Shown here one piece after another: positions 17,675 to 28,535 of a DNA stretch of 64,000 bases; the first letter of the stretch is position 1, and every line of letters starts with the position of its first letter. The stretch is from Candidatus Omnitrophota bacterium (GTDB lineage Bacteria > Omnitrophota > Gorgyraeia > Gorgyraeales > Gorgyraeaceae). The DNA is taken from contig JBAZEP010000003.1 of NCBI GenBank assembly GCA_041653835.1, positions 3,812 through 67,811 on the forward strand, written 5' to 3'. A program made the translations under genes and the position numbers. The notes under the pieces are model-generated. The model was not told where the DNA came from and made no database searches. It saw only the letters and a list, made by a program, of their open reading frames with translations.

Positions 17675-18918
17675 CTATGATAGAAAATCCCGCGCAAAGT
17701 TTTTACGGATTGGGCATAGCTCCGAAGATATTGGATATACTGGAGCGCATAAAATTCAAAACGCCCACGCCTATCCAGCTCAAAGCTATACCGCTGGCGA
17801 TCGCGGGCAAGGATATCGTAGGGATCGCCCAGACAGGTACGGGCAAGACGCATTCCTTTGCCATACCTATGATCCAGATACTGGCCCAGAAAAAAGGCAT
17901 AGGCATGGTACTGGCGCCTACGCGCGAGTTAGCCATTCAGATCGACGAGGCGTTCCAGCCGATAGTCAGGCAGTTCGGGATACGCACGGCTTGCCTTATA
18001 GGGGGCGCCCCCATGGGCCCGCAGATCAAGGCGCTTAATAGTAAACCGCGCGTGGTGATCGCGACCCCGGGCAGGCTTATAGACCACATGACCCACTGGA
18101 ACATAATGCTCGACGACGCGGTAATGCTGGTAATCGACGAAGCCGACCGTATGCTTGATATGGGTTTTGCCCCCCAGGTGGAAAAGATCCTGCGTTTTAT
18201 GCCCAAGGAAAGACAGACAATGCTTTTTTCGGCTACCATGCCAAGGGAGATAATGGAGATAGCCGCCAAATATATGAAACTTCCGGTCAGCGTGGAGATA
18301 GCCCCTTCCGGCACCGTCGCGGAAAAAGTGACCCAGGAAGTATTCGTGGTCAAAAAAGATTCCAAGCTGCGCCTCCTTGACAGCCTTTTGAAACAATATC
18401 ACGGGCCGGTCCTTTTATTTTCCCGCACAAAACATAATGCCAGAAAGATCACGCGTTCGATCAGGGGTATGGGGCATAACGCCGCGGAAATACATTCCGA
18501 CCGTTCCCTGGGCCAGCGCCGCGAGGCGTTGTCCGGGTTCAAGTCCGGAAAGTATAAAGTGCTGGTCGCTACCGATATAGCGGCGCGGGGCATAGACGTG
18601 ACAGGGATAGAACTGGTCATCAACTATGACCTTCCGGACGACACGGAAAATTACGTGCACCGCATCGGCCGCACAGGCCGGGCAGGCCATAAAGGCCACG
18701 CGATATCTTTCGCTACGCCCGACCAGAAAAACGATATACGCGATATAGAGAAACTCATGAGGGCATCCCTGCCTATTTCAAAACATCCGGATGTCTCGCA
18801 TGAACAATTCAGCCAATCCTCTTCCCAGCAGTCCCCGGATAAAAGATACCAAAAAAACCATTACAGGCAGAAGAACCACGCGCCGCGCCGCGGCAATGGC
18901 AATAGATACTACCGTTAA
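17671..18918 (+). CDS. DEAD-box RNA helicase (RhlE-like)
   Basis: Q motif, AQTGTGKT, PTRELA, DEAD, SAT and HRIGRTGRAG. Confidence 0.95.
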   Translation: MTMIENPAQSFYGLGIAPKILDILERIKFKTPTPIQLKAIPLAIAGKDIVGIAQTGTGKTHSFAIPMIQILAQKKGIGMVLAPTRELAIQIDEAFQPIVRQFGIRTACLIGGAPMGPQIKALNSKPRVVIATPGRLIDHMTHWNIMLDDAVMLVIDEADRMLDMGFAPQVEKILRFMPKERQTMLFSATMPREIMEIAAKYMKLPVSVEIAPSGTVAEKVTQEVFVVKKDSKLRLLDSLLKQYHGPVLLFSRTKHNARKITRSIRGMGHNAAEIHSDRSLGQRREALSGFKSGKYKVLVATDIAARGIDVTGIELVINYDLPDDTENYVHRIGRTGRAGHKGHAISFATPDQKNDIRDIEKLMRASLPISKHPDVSHEQFSQSSSQQSPDKRYQKNHYRQKNHAPRRGNGNRYYR

Positions 18919-18920
18919 AC

Positions 18921-20030
18921 ATGAAAGTGTTGATCCAGTTCGAAAAAAAGCCGCTTCTTTTCGAGGATCCGGAATTTATAATAACGTGTTTTGACCCTTC
19001 CTTGTTCGCCGCTTGTTTCAATGATATAGAGAACGCGCTTAGGCGCGGGTATTATCTGGCGGGCTTCGTGTCTTATGAAGCGGGGTATTGCTTCGAAGAA
19101 AAACTTCGGGAAAACAAAAAATACGATTTTCCTCTCATCTGTTTCGGGGCTTATAAGCGTCCCGCCGGGCGCGGGCTCAAACCGCCCGCCGGCCTTTCCC
19201 TTGATACCTTTAAAAACCTCAGGTTAAATATCACACAGGATGATTATTTTTCGAATATAAATACCATACGCGATTACATAGCCGCGGGAGAGGTGTACCA
19301 GATTACCTATTGCGTAAAATTGCTGTTCGAATTCAGGGAGGACCCGTTCTCTCTTTATAACCTGCTTTTAAGGGAACAGCGCGTTCCTTATCCCGCGTAC
19401 ATAGAATCCGATAGCTTTCATATCCTTTCATGTTCACCGGAAATGTTCATCAAAAAAGAATCCACAAGGGCGATAACAAAGCCCATGAAGGGGACATGGC
19501 GCCGCGGCAATAACGCGATCTCCGATATCGCCTCGCGCGTGCGCTTTCAATACGACTCCAAGAATAGGGCGGAGAACGTAATGATAGCCGACCTTTTAAG
19601 GAATGACCTCGGCAGGATCGGTTCAGGTATAGATGCGCCCCGGCTTTTTGAAGTGGCGGGGTATAAGACATTGTTCCAGATGACATCCACTGTTACGGGC
19701 AGGCTGGAGAAAGACATAAACATTTACAAGCTGTTCGCGTCGCTTTTCCCCTCCGGCTCTGTTACAGGCGCGCCCAAGATACGCGCGATGCAGATTATAA
19801 AATCACTCGAGCGGGAAGAGCGCAGGATATATACGGGCGCTATCGGCTATATCACGCCCGCGAGAGACCTTTTCTTTAATATACCTATCCGCACCCTCTT
19901 GCTCCGCTCCGGGCATGGAGAGATGGGCATAGGCGGGGGCATAGTATGGGATTCCACCCCGGAAGGCGAATGGGACGAAGGTATGCTTAAGGCCAAATTT
20001 CTGATTGCATTAAAACCCGGGATGCTGTAA
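18921..20030 (+). CDS. pabB: aminodeoxychorismate synthase component I-like chorismate-binding enzyme
   Basis: SPEMF, PMKGT, AENVMIADLLRNDLGR and FPSGSVTGAPK motifs. Confidence 0.85.
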   Translation: MKVLIQFEKKPLLFEDPEFIITCFDPSLFAACFNDIENALRRGYYLAGFVSYEAGYCFEEKLRENKKYDFPLICFGAYKRPAGRGLKPPAGLSLDTFKNLRLNITQDDYFSNINTIRDYIAAGEVYQITYCVKLLFEFREDPFSLYNLLLREQRVPYPAYIESDSFHILSCSPEMFIKKESTRAITKPMKGTWRRGNNAISDIASRVRFQYDSKNRAENVMIADLLRNDLGRIGSGIDAPRLFEVAGYKTLFQMTSTVTGRLEKDINIYKLFASLFPSGSVTGAPKIRAMQIIKSLEREERRIYTGAIGYITPARDLFFNIPIRTLLLRSGHGEMGIGGGIVWDSTPEGEWDEGMLKAKFLIALKPGML

Positions 20031-20049
20031 AATTTATACATTCGACGAT

Positions 20050-20439
20050 ATGGCAGCACATTACATAGAAAAAAAGATATATTATCACGACACTGACGCG
20101 GGAGGCGTGGTCTATTACGCCAATTACCTCAGGCATCTTGAAGAAGCGAGGTCGGAATTCTGCCTCTCGAAAGGCGTAGATATCCCGGTTTACAGCCGCG
20201 AGGGCGTGCTGTTCCCGGTCGTGCGCGTGGAGATAGATTACAAGTCGCCCGCCAGGTACGGGGATGTCATCAGGATTTTTACCGCGATTGAGAAAATAGG
20301 TTTTTCCTCGATACGTTTCAGGCAGGAGATAAAAAAAGGGGAACTTACCCTGGTGAACGCGATGACGGTATTGGCGTGTGTCAACGAGGCAATGAAACCC
20401 ATAGCCATGCCGGACAGGATAAAAAAGGAGCTCGCATGA
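20050..20439 (+). CDS. YbgC/FadM-family acyl-CoA thioesterase
   Basis: DTDAGGVVYYANYL motif. Confidence 0.88.
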   Translation: MAAHYIEKKIYYHDTDAGGVVYYANYLRHLEEARSEFCLSKGVDIPVYSREGVLFPVVRVEIDYKSPARYGDVIRIFTAIEKIGFSSIRFRQEIKKGELTLVNAMTVLACVNEAMKPIAMPDRIKKELA

Positions 20440-20909
20440 ACATATTCAATATATCGGAAATAGTGGAACTCGGGATAGAGAAAGAGAAGAAGAGAAGGGA
20501 TTTTTACAGCCTTTGCGCGGAGAGATTCAAGGGAAATAAAGAGATAGGGGAACTCTTCGGTAAATTAAGGGATTGGGAAGAAACTCACATCGAAAAATTC
20601 AGCGGCATAAAGGCTTCCATAAAAGAAGCGCCTGAGACAGAGAGTTATGAAGGCGAGATGAGTTCTTATATGCAGGCGCTCCTGGACGACAAGCTTTATA
20701 AAGAAGTCTCTCCTGAGAGATTCAGCGCCAGCGTAAAGACGGCGCTGGACGCTATTTCATACGGCATAGGGTTCGAGAAGGATTCCATTATATTTTTTAA
20801 CGAGTTGATAAATTTTACAGCGGACTCCAGGAAAGAGATCGTAAAGAAACTTATAGACGAGGAGAAACAGCATATTATCTATCTCGCGCTTTTGAAACAA
20901 AAGATATGA
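20436..20909 (+). CDS. ferritin-like/rubrerythrin-family diiron protein
   Basis: E..E...FY, EETH, FEKDS and EEKQH motifs. Confidence 0.82.
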   Translation: MNIFNISEIVELGIEKEKKRRDFYSLCAERFKGNKEIGELFGKLRDWEETHIEKFSGIKASIKEAPETESYEGEMSSYMQALLDDKLYKEVSPERFSASVKTALDAISYGIGFEKDSIIFFNELINFTADSRKEIVKKLIDEEKQHIIYLALLKQKI

Positions 20910-22243
20910 AAGATCTGATCTGGAGATTTTTTAAACTCAAGGAGCTGGGCACTAATATACGCGTGGAGGTGGTGGCGGGCATCACCACTTTTATGACAAT
21001 GGCGTATATAATATTTGTGAACCCGGCCATGATCTCGCAGACAGGCATGGATTTCGGTTCAGCCATGGCAGCGACCTGTGTATCAGCCGCCATAGCCACT
21101 ATTATAATGGGATTGTACGCCAACTATCCTATCGCGCTCGCTCCGGGTATGGGTGAAAACGCGTTCTTTACCTACACCGCGTGTATTACGATGGGCATCC
21201 CGTGGCAGACCGCGCTCGGATGCGTTTTTATAAGCGGGCTCGTTTTTATAATATTGACGCTGGTCAGGATGAGGCAGTTATTGATCGAAGCGATACCCGC
21301 CTCTATGAGATACGGGATCGCGGCCGGCATAGGCCTGCTTATCGCTTTTGTCGGGCTTATGGATGCCGGGTTTGTCAAGGCGCATCCCGCGACCCTGGTC
21401 ACAATGGGCGATATCACAAGCCTTCCGTGTATCCTCGCGATGGCAGGGCTCGTGGTAACAGCTACGCTCCTGATCAAAAAGATCAAAGGGGCGATATTAT
21501 GGGGGATATTGATTACGGCGCTTATAGGCATGTTCCTGGGGGTGGTAAAATACCAGGGTGTTGTATCCGCCCCTCCTTCGATGGCTCCTACTTTTTTAAA
21601 AATGGACATCGCGGGGGCGTTCAACATGGGCCTTTTGTCCGTGATATTCATATTCTTGTTTATGGATCTTTTTGATACCGTAGGTACGCTCGCGGGCGTG
21701 GCGGAGATAGGCGGTTTTATGAAGGCGGGTAAACTGCCGCGCGCGGGAAAGGCATTGCTCAGCGACGCGGTAGGCACATGCGTGGGCGCGGCGTGCGGTA
21801 CTCCCACAGTAACGAGTTATGTCGAAAGCGCGTCAGGCGTAGCGAGCGGCGGCCGTTCAGGGCTGGCGAATATCGTGACAGGCATGGCGTTCCTGGCGGC
21901 TTTATTTTTCTTCCCGCTTATAAAAATGATAGGCGGCGGATATGTTACGAATAGCGGGGGGCTTCTCCACCCGGTTACCGCGCCGAGCCTTATAATAGTC
22001 GGAAGCATGATGCTGCGCTCGATAAATAAGATCGATTGGCATGATTACTCGGAGTCTATACCGGCGTTTTTGGTAATTTTGATAATGCCTTTCACTTTCA
22101 GCATCGCCACAGGCGTCGCGTTCGGTTTTATAAGTTACAGCGCCCTTAAGTTATTCACGGGCCGCGGCAGGGAAGTATCATGGTTTGTGTATCTTTTATC
22201 GGCGTTATTCATCCTGAGGTTTTTTTATCTAAAGTCTTTATGA
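20906..22243 (+). CDS. NCS2/AzgA-family purine permease
   Basis: EVVAGITTFMTMAYIIFVNP, APGMG, FDTVGT and YVESASG motifs. Confidence 0.92.
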   Translation: MKDLIWRFFKLKELGTNIRVEVVAGITTFMTMAYIIFVNPAMISQTGMDFGSAMAATCVSAAIATIIMGLYANYPIALAPGMGENAFFTYTACITMGIPWQTALGCVFISGLVFIILTLVRMRQLLIEAIPASMRYGIAAGIGLLIAFVGLMDAGFVKAHPATLVTMGDITSLPCILAMAGLVVTATLLIKKIKGAILWGILITALIGMFLGVVKYQGVVSAPPSMAPTFLKMDIAGAFNMGLLSVIFIFLFMDLFDTVGTLAGVAEIGGFMKAGKLPRAGKALLSDAVGTCVGAACGTPTVTSYVESASGVASGGRSGLANIVTGMAFLAALFFFPLIKMIGGGYVTNSGGLLHPVTAPSLIIVGSMMLRSINKIDWHDYSESIPAFLVILIMPFTFSIATGVAFGFISYSALKLFTGRGREVSWFVYLLSALFILRFFYLKSL

Positions 22244-22255
22244 GGAGGTGTTGAG

Positions 22256-22885
22256 ATGGGAATGTTCCAGTTGATTTCTAACGGCGGCGTCACAATGTAT
22301 GTCCTTATATTGTGTTCAATAATATCCATAGCCATTATAATAGAGAGGGTCTTGTATTATAACAGGCGGTCCAGGGTCAGGAGGGAAGATTTCATGACGG
22401 ATGTCAAGAACCAGCTGGCCCGGGATAATATAAGGCACGCGATGACCATGTGCGCGGGTATGTGTACCGACGCGAATACGCCGTTCGCCAATGTGATGTG
22501 CGCCGGCCTGAACGCTTACGGCAGGGGGGAGAAAGAGATATCGAGCGCCATGGAGAGGTGCATTGTCGTGGAGACTAATATGCTGAGCCGTTTCACGTCG
22601 GTAGTCGGCACCATAGGAAGCACCGCTGTCTATATAGGGCTTTTCGGCACGGTGCTCGGGATAATAAGGGCTTTTCATGACATCTCAAGGGCAGGTTCGG
22701 GCGGCATAAGCGTGGTCATAAACGGCATATCCGAGGCGCTGATATGTACCGCCGCGGGTTTATGCGTCGCGGTGCCCGCGGTTATCGCGTATAATTATTT
22801 TATAAAAAAGATAGATAATTTTGTGGCGGACATGGAGTTGTGCGCTTCCGAGACGCTGGATATTATTTCCAGCAAACAAAAATGA
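22256..22885 (+). CDS. MotA/TolQ/ExbB proton channel
   Basis: GLFGTVLGIIRAF...GISEALICTAAGL.VAVPA. Confidence 0.9.
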   Translation: MGMFQLISNGGVTMYVLILCSIISIAIIIERVLYYNRRSRVRREDFMTDVKNQLARDNIRHAMTMCAGMCTDANTPFANVMCAGLNAYGRGEKEISSAMERCIVVETNMLSRFTSVVGTIGSTAVYIGLFGTVLGIIRAFHDISRAGSGGISVVINGISEALICTAAGLCVAVPAVIAYNYFIKKIDNFVADMELCASETLDIISSKQK

Positions 22886-23289
22886 ACACACGCCCTGCAA
22901 GACAAAGAGTGGTATCCGAGATAAACATAACGCCTTTTACCGACGTCATACTCGTTTTGTTGATAATATTCATGATAACCACGCCCCTGATCCTCCAGTC
23001 CAGCATAAAAGTGAATCTCCCTGAGGCGGCAAGCGGAAAGCCTTTTACGGGCGCCAGGCAGATAAACATAACCATCTCGAACGATAACGCGGTATATCTC
23101 GACAATAAACTTGTTACGAGAAAACAACTGCGCTCGGCTGTTGCGGCCGCCCACAAGGATAATCCTAACCTTGAGGTTATACTCTTTTCGGATAAGATGG
23201 TAAAATTCAGGAATATCGTGTCTGTTCTGGACGACCTTAATGAGTTAGGTATAAAGAACCTTAATATAGCCGCGAAAGTGGAACAATAG
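22882..23289 (+). CDS. ExbD/TolR protein
   Basis: EINITPFTDVILVLLIIFMI motif. Confidence 0.9.
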   Translation: MNTRPARQRVVSEINITPFTDVILVLLIIFMITTPLILQSSIKVNLPEAASGKPFTGARQINITISNDNAVYLDNKLVTRKQLRSAVAAAHKDNPNLEVILFSDKMVKFRNIVSVLDDLNELGIKNLNIAAKVEQ

Positions 23290-23300
23290 GAGACATTGCC

Positions 23301-23579
23301 ATGAAAAAAGAGCTATCCTTTATAACGGTAATAGGCAAGGACAAAAAAGGCATTGTCGCGAAGATATCCAATCTTTTGTACAGGAATAATATAAATATCG
23401 AGGATATAAACCAGAAGGTAATAGAAGGACTTTTTGTGATGACTATGCTCGTGGATGTCGCCGGGTATAAACGTTCCATGCGGGAATTGAATTCGGCGCT
23501 CGAAAGAATAGGGAAAGAGCTGAAACTTAAGATACAATTACAGCACGAGAATATCTTTAAAATGATGCACAGGGTATGA
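23301..23579 (+). CDS. ACT domain protein (UPF0237)
   Basis: ITVIGKDKKGIVA...NIEDINQ...IFKMMHRV. Confidence 0.88.
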   Translation: MKKELSFITVIGKDKKGIVAKISNLLYRNNINIEDINQKVIEGLFVMTMLVDVAGYKRSMRELNSALERIGKELKLKIQLQHENIFKMMHRV

Positions 23580-23583
23580 TGAT

Positions 23584-24942
23584 ATGGCTATAACGGTAGA
23601 CGAGGTTTTTGAGACTTCCAGGATGATACTTTACCAGAACCTTGATATCAGGACGGTTACGCTTGGTATTAACCTGAAAGACTGCGTGGATTCCGATTTC
23701 AGGGCATTCAAGAAAAAGGTATATACCAAGGTCCTTAAAAACGGCTCTGTCCTGCTCAAGCAGGCGGAAAAACTGGAATTGAAATACGGTATCCCTATCG
23801 TGAATAAGAGGATATCCGTTACCCCCGTGAGTCTTATCATGGAGGCCCACCTGCGCAAAGACAGGTTTCTGGAGATGGCGCTTACGCTTGACAGGGCCGC
23901 GGATAACGCGGGCATTGATTTTATAGGAGGTTTCGGGGGCCTTTGCCAGAAAGGCATTACGCGTTCGGATAAAATGTTGCTCGAAGTCTTGCCGGATGTT
24001 TTGTCGAAGACGAGGCATGTATGTTCTTTCCTCAATGCCGGCTCGAACGTAAGCGGCATGAATCTAGACGCCGTGAACCTGCTGGGAGCGATGCTTAAAA
24101 AAACAGCGGCGAAGACCAGGAACGGTTCGGGCTGCGCGAGGTTTGTGGTGTTCGTGAACGCGCCCGAGGACAATCCTTTTATGGCAGGCGCTTTTCACGG
24201 CGTGGGGGAAGGGGATTTCGCCCTGAACATAGGCATAAGCGGCCCGGGCGTGGTAAGAAGCGTCGTGGAAAAAAACAAGGACTGCGGCCTGACAGAATTG
24301 TCCGAGGTGATAAAGAAGACGGTTTTCAAGATAACGAGGGCGGGCGAGCTCATCGGCAGGGAGCTCGCGGCGAACCTTAAAATCCCATTTGGTGTTGTGG
24401 ATATTTCACTGGCATCCACCACGAATAAAGGCGATTCCGTGGCGGATATAATAAAGGCGTTCGGCATCGAGAGTATAGGCGCTCATGGCTCCACGCTGGC
24501 GATAGCGCTGTTGATGGACGCCGTAAAAAAAGGCGGTGCAATGGCGAGCGGGAATGTGGGAGGCCTGAGCGGCACGTTCATACCTGTAAGCGAGGACATG
24601 GGCATGGTGGAAGCGGTAAAAAAGAAATCCCTCAGCCTGGATAAGCTGGAGGCCCTTACCGCTGTCTGTTCAGTAGGCCTGGACATGGTGGCGATACCCG
24701 GGGATACGCCGGAAGAAACCATAAACGCCATAATCGCGGATGAATTAAGTATAGGTATAGTGAATAATAAAACTACGGCTGTAAGGCTTCTGCCTATGCC
24801 CGGGAAAAAGCCCGGGGATGTGGTGAAACTCGGGGGCCTCCTGGGCGAGGCGCCTGTAATGAGCGTAAATAAATATTCTTCGAAGGATTTTATGAAAAGG
24901 GGCGGCAGGCTTCCCGCGCCTGTCACTAGCCTCCGCAACTAA
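23584..24942 (+). CDS. UPF0210/DUF711 family protein
   Basis: LDIRTVTLGI, NKRISVTP, DNPFMAGAFHG and CSVGLDM motifs; usual partner of the ACT gene. Confidence 0.9.
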   Translation: MAITVDEVFETSRMILYQNLDIRTVTLGINLKDCVDSDFRAFKKKVYTKVLKNGSVLLKQAEKLELKYGIPIVNKRISVTPVSLIMEAHLRKDRFLEMALTLDRAADNAGIDFIGGFGGLCQKGITRSDKMLLEVLPDVLSKTRHVCSFLNAGSNVSGMNLDAVNLLGAMLKKTAAKTRNGSGCARFVVFVNAPEDNPFMAGAFHGVGEGDFALNIGISGPGVVRSVVEKNKDCGLTELSEVIKKTVFKITRAGELIGRELAANLKIPFGVVDISLASTTNKGDSVADIIKAFGIESIGAHGSTLAIALLMDAVKKGGAMASGNVGGLSGTFIPVSEDMGMVEAVKKKSLSLDKLEALTAVCSVGLDMVAIPGDTPEETINAIIADELSIGIVNNKTTAVRLLPMPGKKPGDVVKLGGLLGEAPVMSVNKYSSKDFMKRGGRLPAPVTSLRN

Positions 24943-24944
24943 CC

Positions 24945-24985
24945 CTAATGTCACATTTAAGACAGTGTCTTAAATGTGACATTAG
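24945..24985. repeat. 41-bp perfect palindrome, family A copy 1
   Basis: CTAATGTCACATTTAAGACA-G-TGTCTTAAATGTGACATTAG between convergent genes. Confidence 0.95.
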
Positions 24986-26773
24986 CTACCATTTTACAGT
25001 TACGCCTCCCTGTATCCACCTGCCGGGCTGTATGACGCCCGCGACTTCGCTGTAATCCGTATCCGTAAAATTATCTATTTTTATAAAAGGCTCTATGGTA
25101 GTTTTATTGTTTTTAAGCGCCCTGGAGATATGGATATTTCCTATGAAATATGTTTCCCCGAATTTTCTTTCGTTGTAGGAGAATTGCCATCCTATATTTA
25201 CGCCCCTGACCTCGTGCCCGAGCTCGAGAGTCAACTGGTGTTTTAAGATATCAAGGCCGTATTTAGACAGGAATCCCTCGTTATCTTTATCCGCTTCCAT
25301 GTAGGTATAAGAAAAAGAGGTTTCTTTGACGCATGCCCTTAATTCCACGCCTTTAAAATCCACCCTGCCGATATTGGATGCCTGCCAGACATCATTAGTG
25401 GTCGGTCTTGTATAATCTATAAGATTTTTAACCCTGCGCGTAAAGGCGTCGCATTCGATCTTGATGTTATCGCGGACAGCCGCCTCGAATCCGGCGCTGT
25501 AACTGTCTGATTTTTCAACCTCGAGATTGGGGTTTCCTTTATTGGCGGGGTCGGAATAATATAATTCGGTAAAACTAGGCCCCCTGAAGGCATGGCCGAA
25601 GGAAGATTTTATTTTAAGTTTATTGTCTATCAGCCAATAACCCAAGCCCGCGTCAAAAGAGTTCTGGTATGACCAGTTCTGGAAATGGTCGAGCCTGAAC
25701 CTGGCGGATGGCTCGAACTTATTGCCCGGATATGGGGCGAAACCCGCGAAACAGGCCTCGTTCATTCTCGTATTTTTGCCGAGGTTCGTGGAGTTTATCG
25801 TGTCCCTGGCTATTTCGAATCCGCTTTGTATCTCGCCGTATGTCATCGGCAAGTTTATCCCGGAATGGAACCCGTATGAATAAGAGGTATGCGTATTGCG
25901 GGAGAATTCAGGTTCATTTCTTTTCAGGATGAATTTATCATGGTGCCTGCGCAGGAAAACAGAATTTTTAAGGCCGTAAGAGCACATGTCCGAATCAACG
26001 CCTGTTTTTATAAATAATGTTTTGGTGTGTTCTTCCTCTTCATTGAAAAGATTGGAATAAAAACTGTCCGCCCCATAGTCTTTATCCTGGTAACCGGCTA
26101 AGAGGTCGAATGAATTATCCTGCCAGTCTTTATTGAACATATATGAATAGGTCTGGTAATCGAAGTCTGTATTGGGCCTGGCGCCGTTCGATGTCTTGTG
26201 CTCGAACGAGAAATTGCTGAAATGGTCTTTTTCCGGCATCGCGCAGGAAAACGCCTGCCCGTACAGCGCGTGTTCCCCGGCCAGTGTTTTTATAATCACG
26301 GATTTTTTTAAAGGCTTTTTGGTGACGATATTTATACCGCCTGCCAGCGCGCCCGCGCCGTACATAGAGGAAGAACCCTGCTTCATTACCTCGATCCTTT
26401 CTATATCCAGGCTGGTGAGGGGGATGTCCAGGTTGTAATGGCCTGTCTGCGGGTCGTTTATCCTTATGCCGTCTATGAGGATGGCTGACTGTTCGTAAGT
26501 GGCGCCTCTTATGGAGAGGTCTCCCTGCAGTCCGGAAACACCGCGGTAGCGGAGATCCACGCCCGGAACGCACTTTAAAATATCAGGAAGGGAGTCCGCG
26601 TGTTTTCCGGCGATGTCCTGGCTGCGTAGTGTCTGGCAGGGGTAGTTCCGGTTTTCATTCGCGGCGGGACCGCCCGTTACCACTATCTTTTCCAGTGTAT
26701 AGTCCTCGTCAGCGAAACAAGAGAGGCAGAATATCAGGTTTATCCCCGTTATAATAATCAGTCTCATGTCCAT
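24986..26773 (-). CDS. TonB-dependent receptor (BtuB-like)
   Basis: TonB-box-like IVVTG; plug motifs SIRG, ILIDG, IERIEV and GGINIVTK; C-terminal W. Confidence 0.88.
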   Translation of the reverse strand: MDMRLIIITGINLIFCLSCFADEDYTLEKIVVTGGPAANENRNYPCQTLRSQDIAGKHADSLPDILKCVPGVDLRYRGVSGLQGDLSIRGATYEQSAILIDGIRINDPQTGHYNLDIPLTSLDIERIEVMKQGSSSMYGAGALAGGINIVTKKPLKKSVIIKTLAGEHALYGQAFSCAMPEKDHFSNFSFEHKTSNGARPNTDFDYQTYSYMFNKDWQDNSFDLLAGYQDKDYGADSFYSNLFNEEEEHTKTLFIKTGVDSDMCSYGLKNSVFLRRHHDKFILKRNEPEFSRNTHTSYSYGFHSGINLPMTYGEIQSGFEIARDTINSTNLGKNTRMNEACFAGFAPYPGNKFEPSARFRLDHFQNWSYQNSFDAGLGYWLIDNKLKIKSSFGHAFRGPSFTELYYSDPANKGNPNLEVEKSDSYSAGFEAAVRDNIKIECDAFTRRVKNLIDYTRPTTNDVWQASNIGRVDFKGVELRACVKETSFSYTYMEADKDNEGFLSKYGLDILKHQLTLELGHEVRGVNIGWQFSYNERKFGETYFIGNIHISRALKNNKTTIEPFIKIDNFTDTDYSEVAGVIQPGRWIQGGVTVKW

Positions 26774-26777
26774 TCCT

Positions 26778-26816
26778 TAAGGGAACATTTATGACAGTGT
26801 CATAAATGTTCCCTTA
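26778..26816. repeat. 39-bp perfect palindrome, family A variant
   Basis: TAAGGGAACATTTATGACA-G-TGTCATAAATGTTCCCTTA. Confidence 0.9.
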
Positions 26817-26863
26817 TTATATATGGCAGGGTGTATATTGTAAACTTAATTTTATATAGTAGT

Positions 26864-28033
26864 TTACAATTGCTTCTTTTCCAGGAACGCCAGAGTTTCT
26901 ATGTGAGGGGTATGGGGGAAAAAGTCAAAGGATTTGAGAGACTTTAAGGTGTATGACGCGTTCAGTATCTTTAAATCCCGGCTGAGGGTGGCGGGGTTGC
27001 AGGAAAGGTATAGTATCTTTTTTATGGGGCTGAGAAGGATCTGTTGGCAGAGCATATTATCCAGGCCTTTTCTCGGGGGATCTACTATTAGCGTATCGAT
27101 ACCGCGGGCCTGGGCGGAAAAGAATAACTTTTCGCAAGGGCCTTCGTAAATCCTGAAATTCCCGATCTTGTTAAGTTTCAGATTGCCCTTCAGGAAAGAT
27201 ATATTCGCGGGGTCGGATTCTATCCCGATAATTTCTTCAGCAAAATCACTTAACGATATCCCGAACGTGCCTATGCCGCAATAAAGGTCGGCTATAATTT
27301 CTTTTTTATCCCGGGACAGATATTTTCGCGTCTCTTTGAGGACGATATCGAGCATCGGGATGTTTATCTGAAAGAACGAACCAGGGCCTATCCTGAAAGT
27401 TTTCCCTGAGATTGTTTCTTCGATATACGGTTTACCCTGTATATTTTCTATTTTTCCAGGAGCATATGCCGTGGCCATCGTGTCTTTTGTGGTATGACTT
27501 TCCCTTATCTCTATTTCCTCGATAGAATCTAAATTGTCTCTATTGATTTTTTCGATAACCGATACAAGAAGGCCGTTGACGTTACGGCTGACAAGAAGGC
27601 ATTCGTTGCCCCATTCTATGAATTTATCCTGTGTTTCAGGCGCGTGATACGCGAGAGAAGCGCGCTTATCTTTCCGGATAACGCTCAGCCTGATCTTATT
27701 CCTGTATCCCCAGATCTCAGGAGAAGGCGTGATGGTAATGGGCATATCCGGAAAAATTTCTTTTAACTGCGATTCCTTGATAGAGAGCTGTGCTTTATAG
27801 TCAATATATTGATAAGGGCCGCATGATTTATAATGGCCGCAGCGGGGGACTGCCCTGAGGGGAGAAGGTTTTATTATTTTTACGGTCTTCGCCTCGATAT
27901 AGTTTTTCTTTTCTTTGACAATTTTTGCTTCTACGATTTCATTCGGGAGCCCTTCATCCGTTAGTATAGTTTTATTGTTTAGGACAGCCAGACTTTTGCC
28001 TGGATAGATGATTTTTTGGATAGTTATTTCCAT
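26864..28033 (-). CDS. TrmA/RlmD-family RNA m5U methyltransferase
   Basis: TRAM N-terminus; SFFQIN, DLYCGIG, VDPPRKGL, YLSCNPATLSRD and FPHTPHIE motifs. Confidence 0.9.
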   Translation of the reverse strand: MEITIQKIIYPGKSLAVLNNKTILTDEGLPNEIVEAKIVKEKKNYIEAKTVKIIKPSPLRAVPRCGHYKSCGPYQYIDYKAQLSIKESQLKEIFPDMPITITPSPEIWGYRNKIRLSVIRKDKRASLAYHAPETQDKFIEWGNECLLVSRNVNGLLVSVIEKINRDNLDSIEEIEIRESHTTKDTMATAYAPGKIENIQGKPYIEETISGKTFRIGPGSFFQINIPMLDIVLKETRKYLSRDKKEIIADLYCGIGTFGISLSDFAEEIIGIESDPANISFLKGNLKLNKIGNFRIYEGPCEKLFFSAQARGIDTLIVDPPRKGLDNMLCQQILLSPIKKILYLSCNPATLSRDLKILNASYTLKSLKSFDFFPHTPHIETLAFLEKKQL

Positions 28034-28107
28034 AACTGTTTAATATACCATAATTTGCTTTTATATAGAATAGATATATAGTAGAATAGAAAAAAACGGA
28101 GGCGGAT

Positions 28108-28404
28108 ATGAAAAAATGTCCTTTTTGCGCGGAAGAGATACAAGATGATGCAATAAAATGCAGGTATTGTGGAGAAAACCTGGAGAAGAAAAAAGGCAAA
28201 TGGTATTTTAGCATAACGACTTTTATCATAGCGCTTCTTTGCGTCGGGCCTTTTGCCCTGCCCCTATTATGGTTTAATCCGAAGTTTACACTGGTTAAGA
28301 AAATAGTCATAAGCGTCATAATCCTTATCCTGACCTATTTTTTAGCCGTTATGACGGCGCACAGCCTGACTTCTTTAAAGAATTATTATCAGTTGGTGCA
28401 ATGA
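28108..28404 (+). CDS. zinc-ribbon membrane protein
   Basis: [23 protein letters not shown] plus two hydrophobic segments. Confidence 0.8.
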   Translation: MKKCPFCAEEIQDDAIKCRYCGENLEKKKGKWYFSITTFIIALLCVGPFALPLLWFNPKFTLVKKIVISVIILILTYFLAVMTAHSLTSLKNYYQLVQ

Positions 28405-28429
28405 GGAGCAAAGCGGCGAATAACTAATT

Positions 28430-28504
28430 GCGCCTGTGGCCTAATGGATAGGGCACCAGCCTCCGGAGCTGGTCGTGCAGGTTCGATTCCTGCCAGGCGC
28501 ACCA
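28430..28504 (+). tRNA. tRNA-Arg(CCG)
   Basis: Cloverleaf; anticodon arm CCAGC-CTCCGGA-GCTGG; GGTTCGATTCC; encoded CCA. Confidence 0.95.
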
Positions 28505-28535
28505 TGTAAGCTATGCATGCAGTGGCTGGAATAAC

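Noticed and set aside
22256-26773. ExbB/ExbD and TonB receptor without tonB as a novel system
   Set aside because: tonB is often encoded elsewhere in the genome; nothing else here is unusual.
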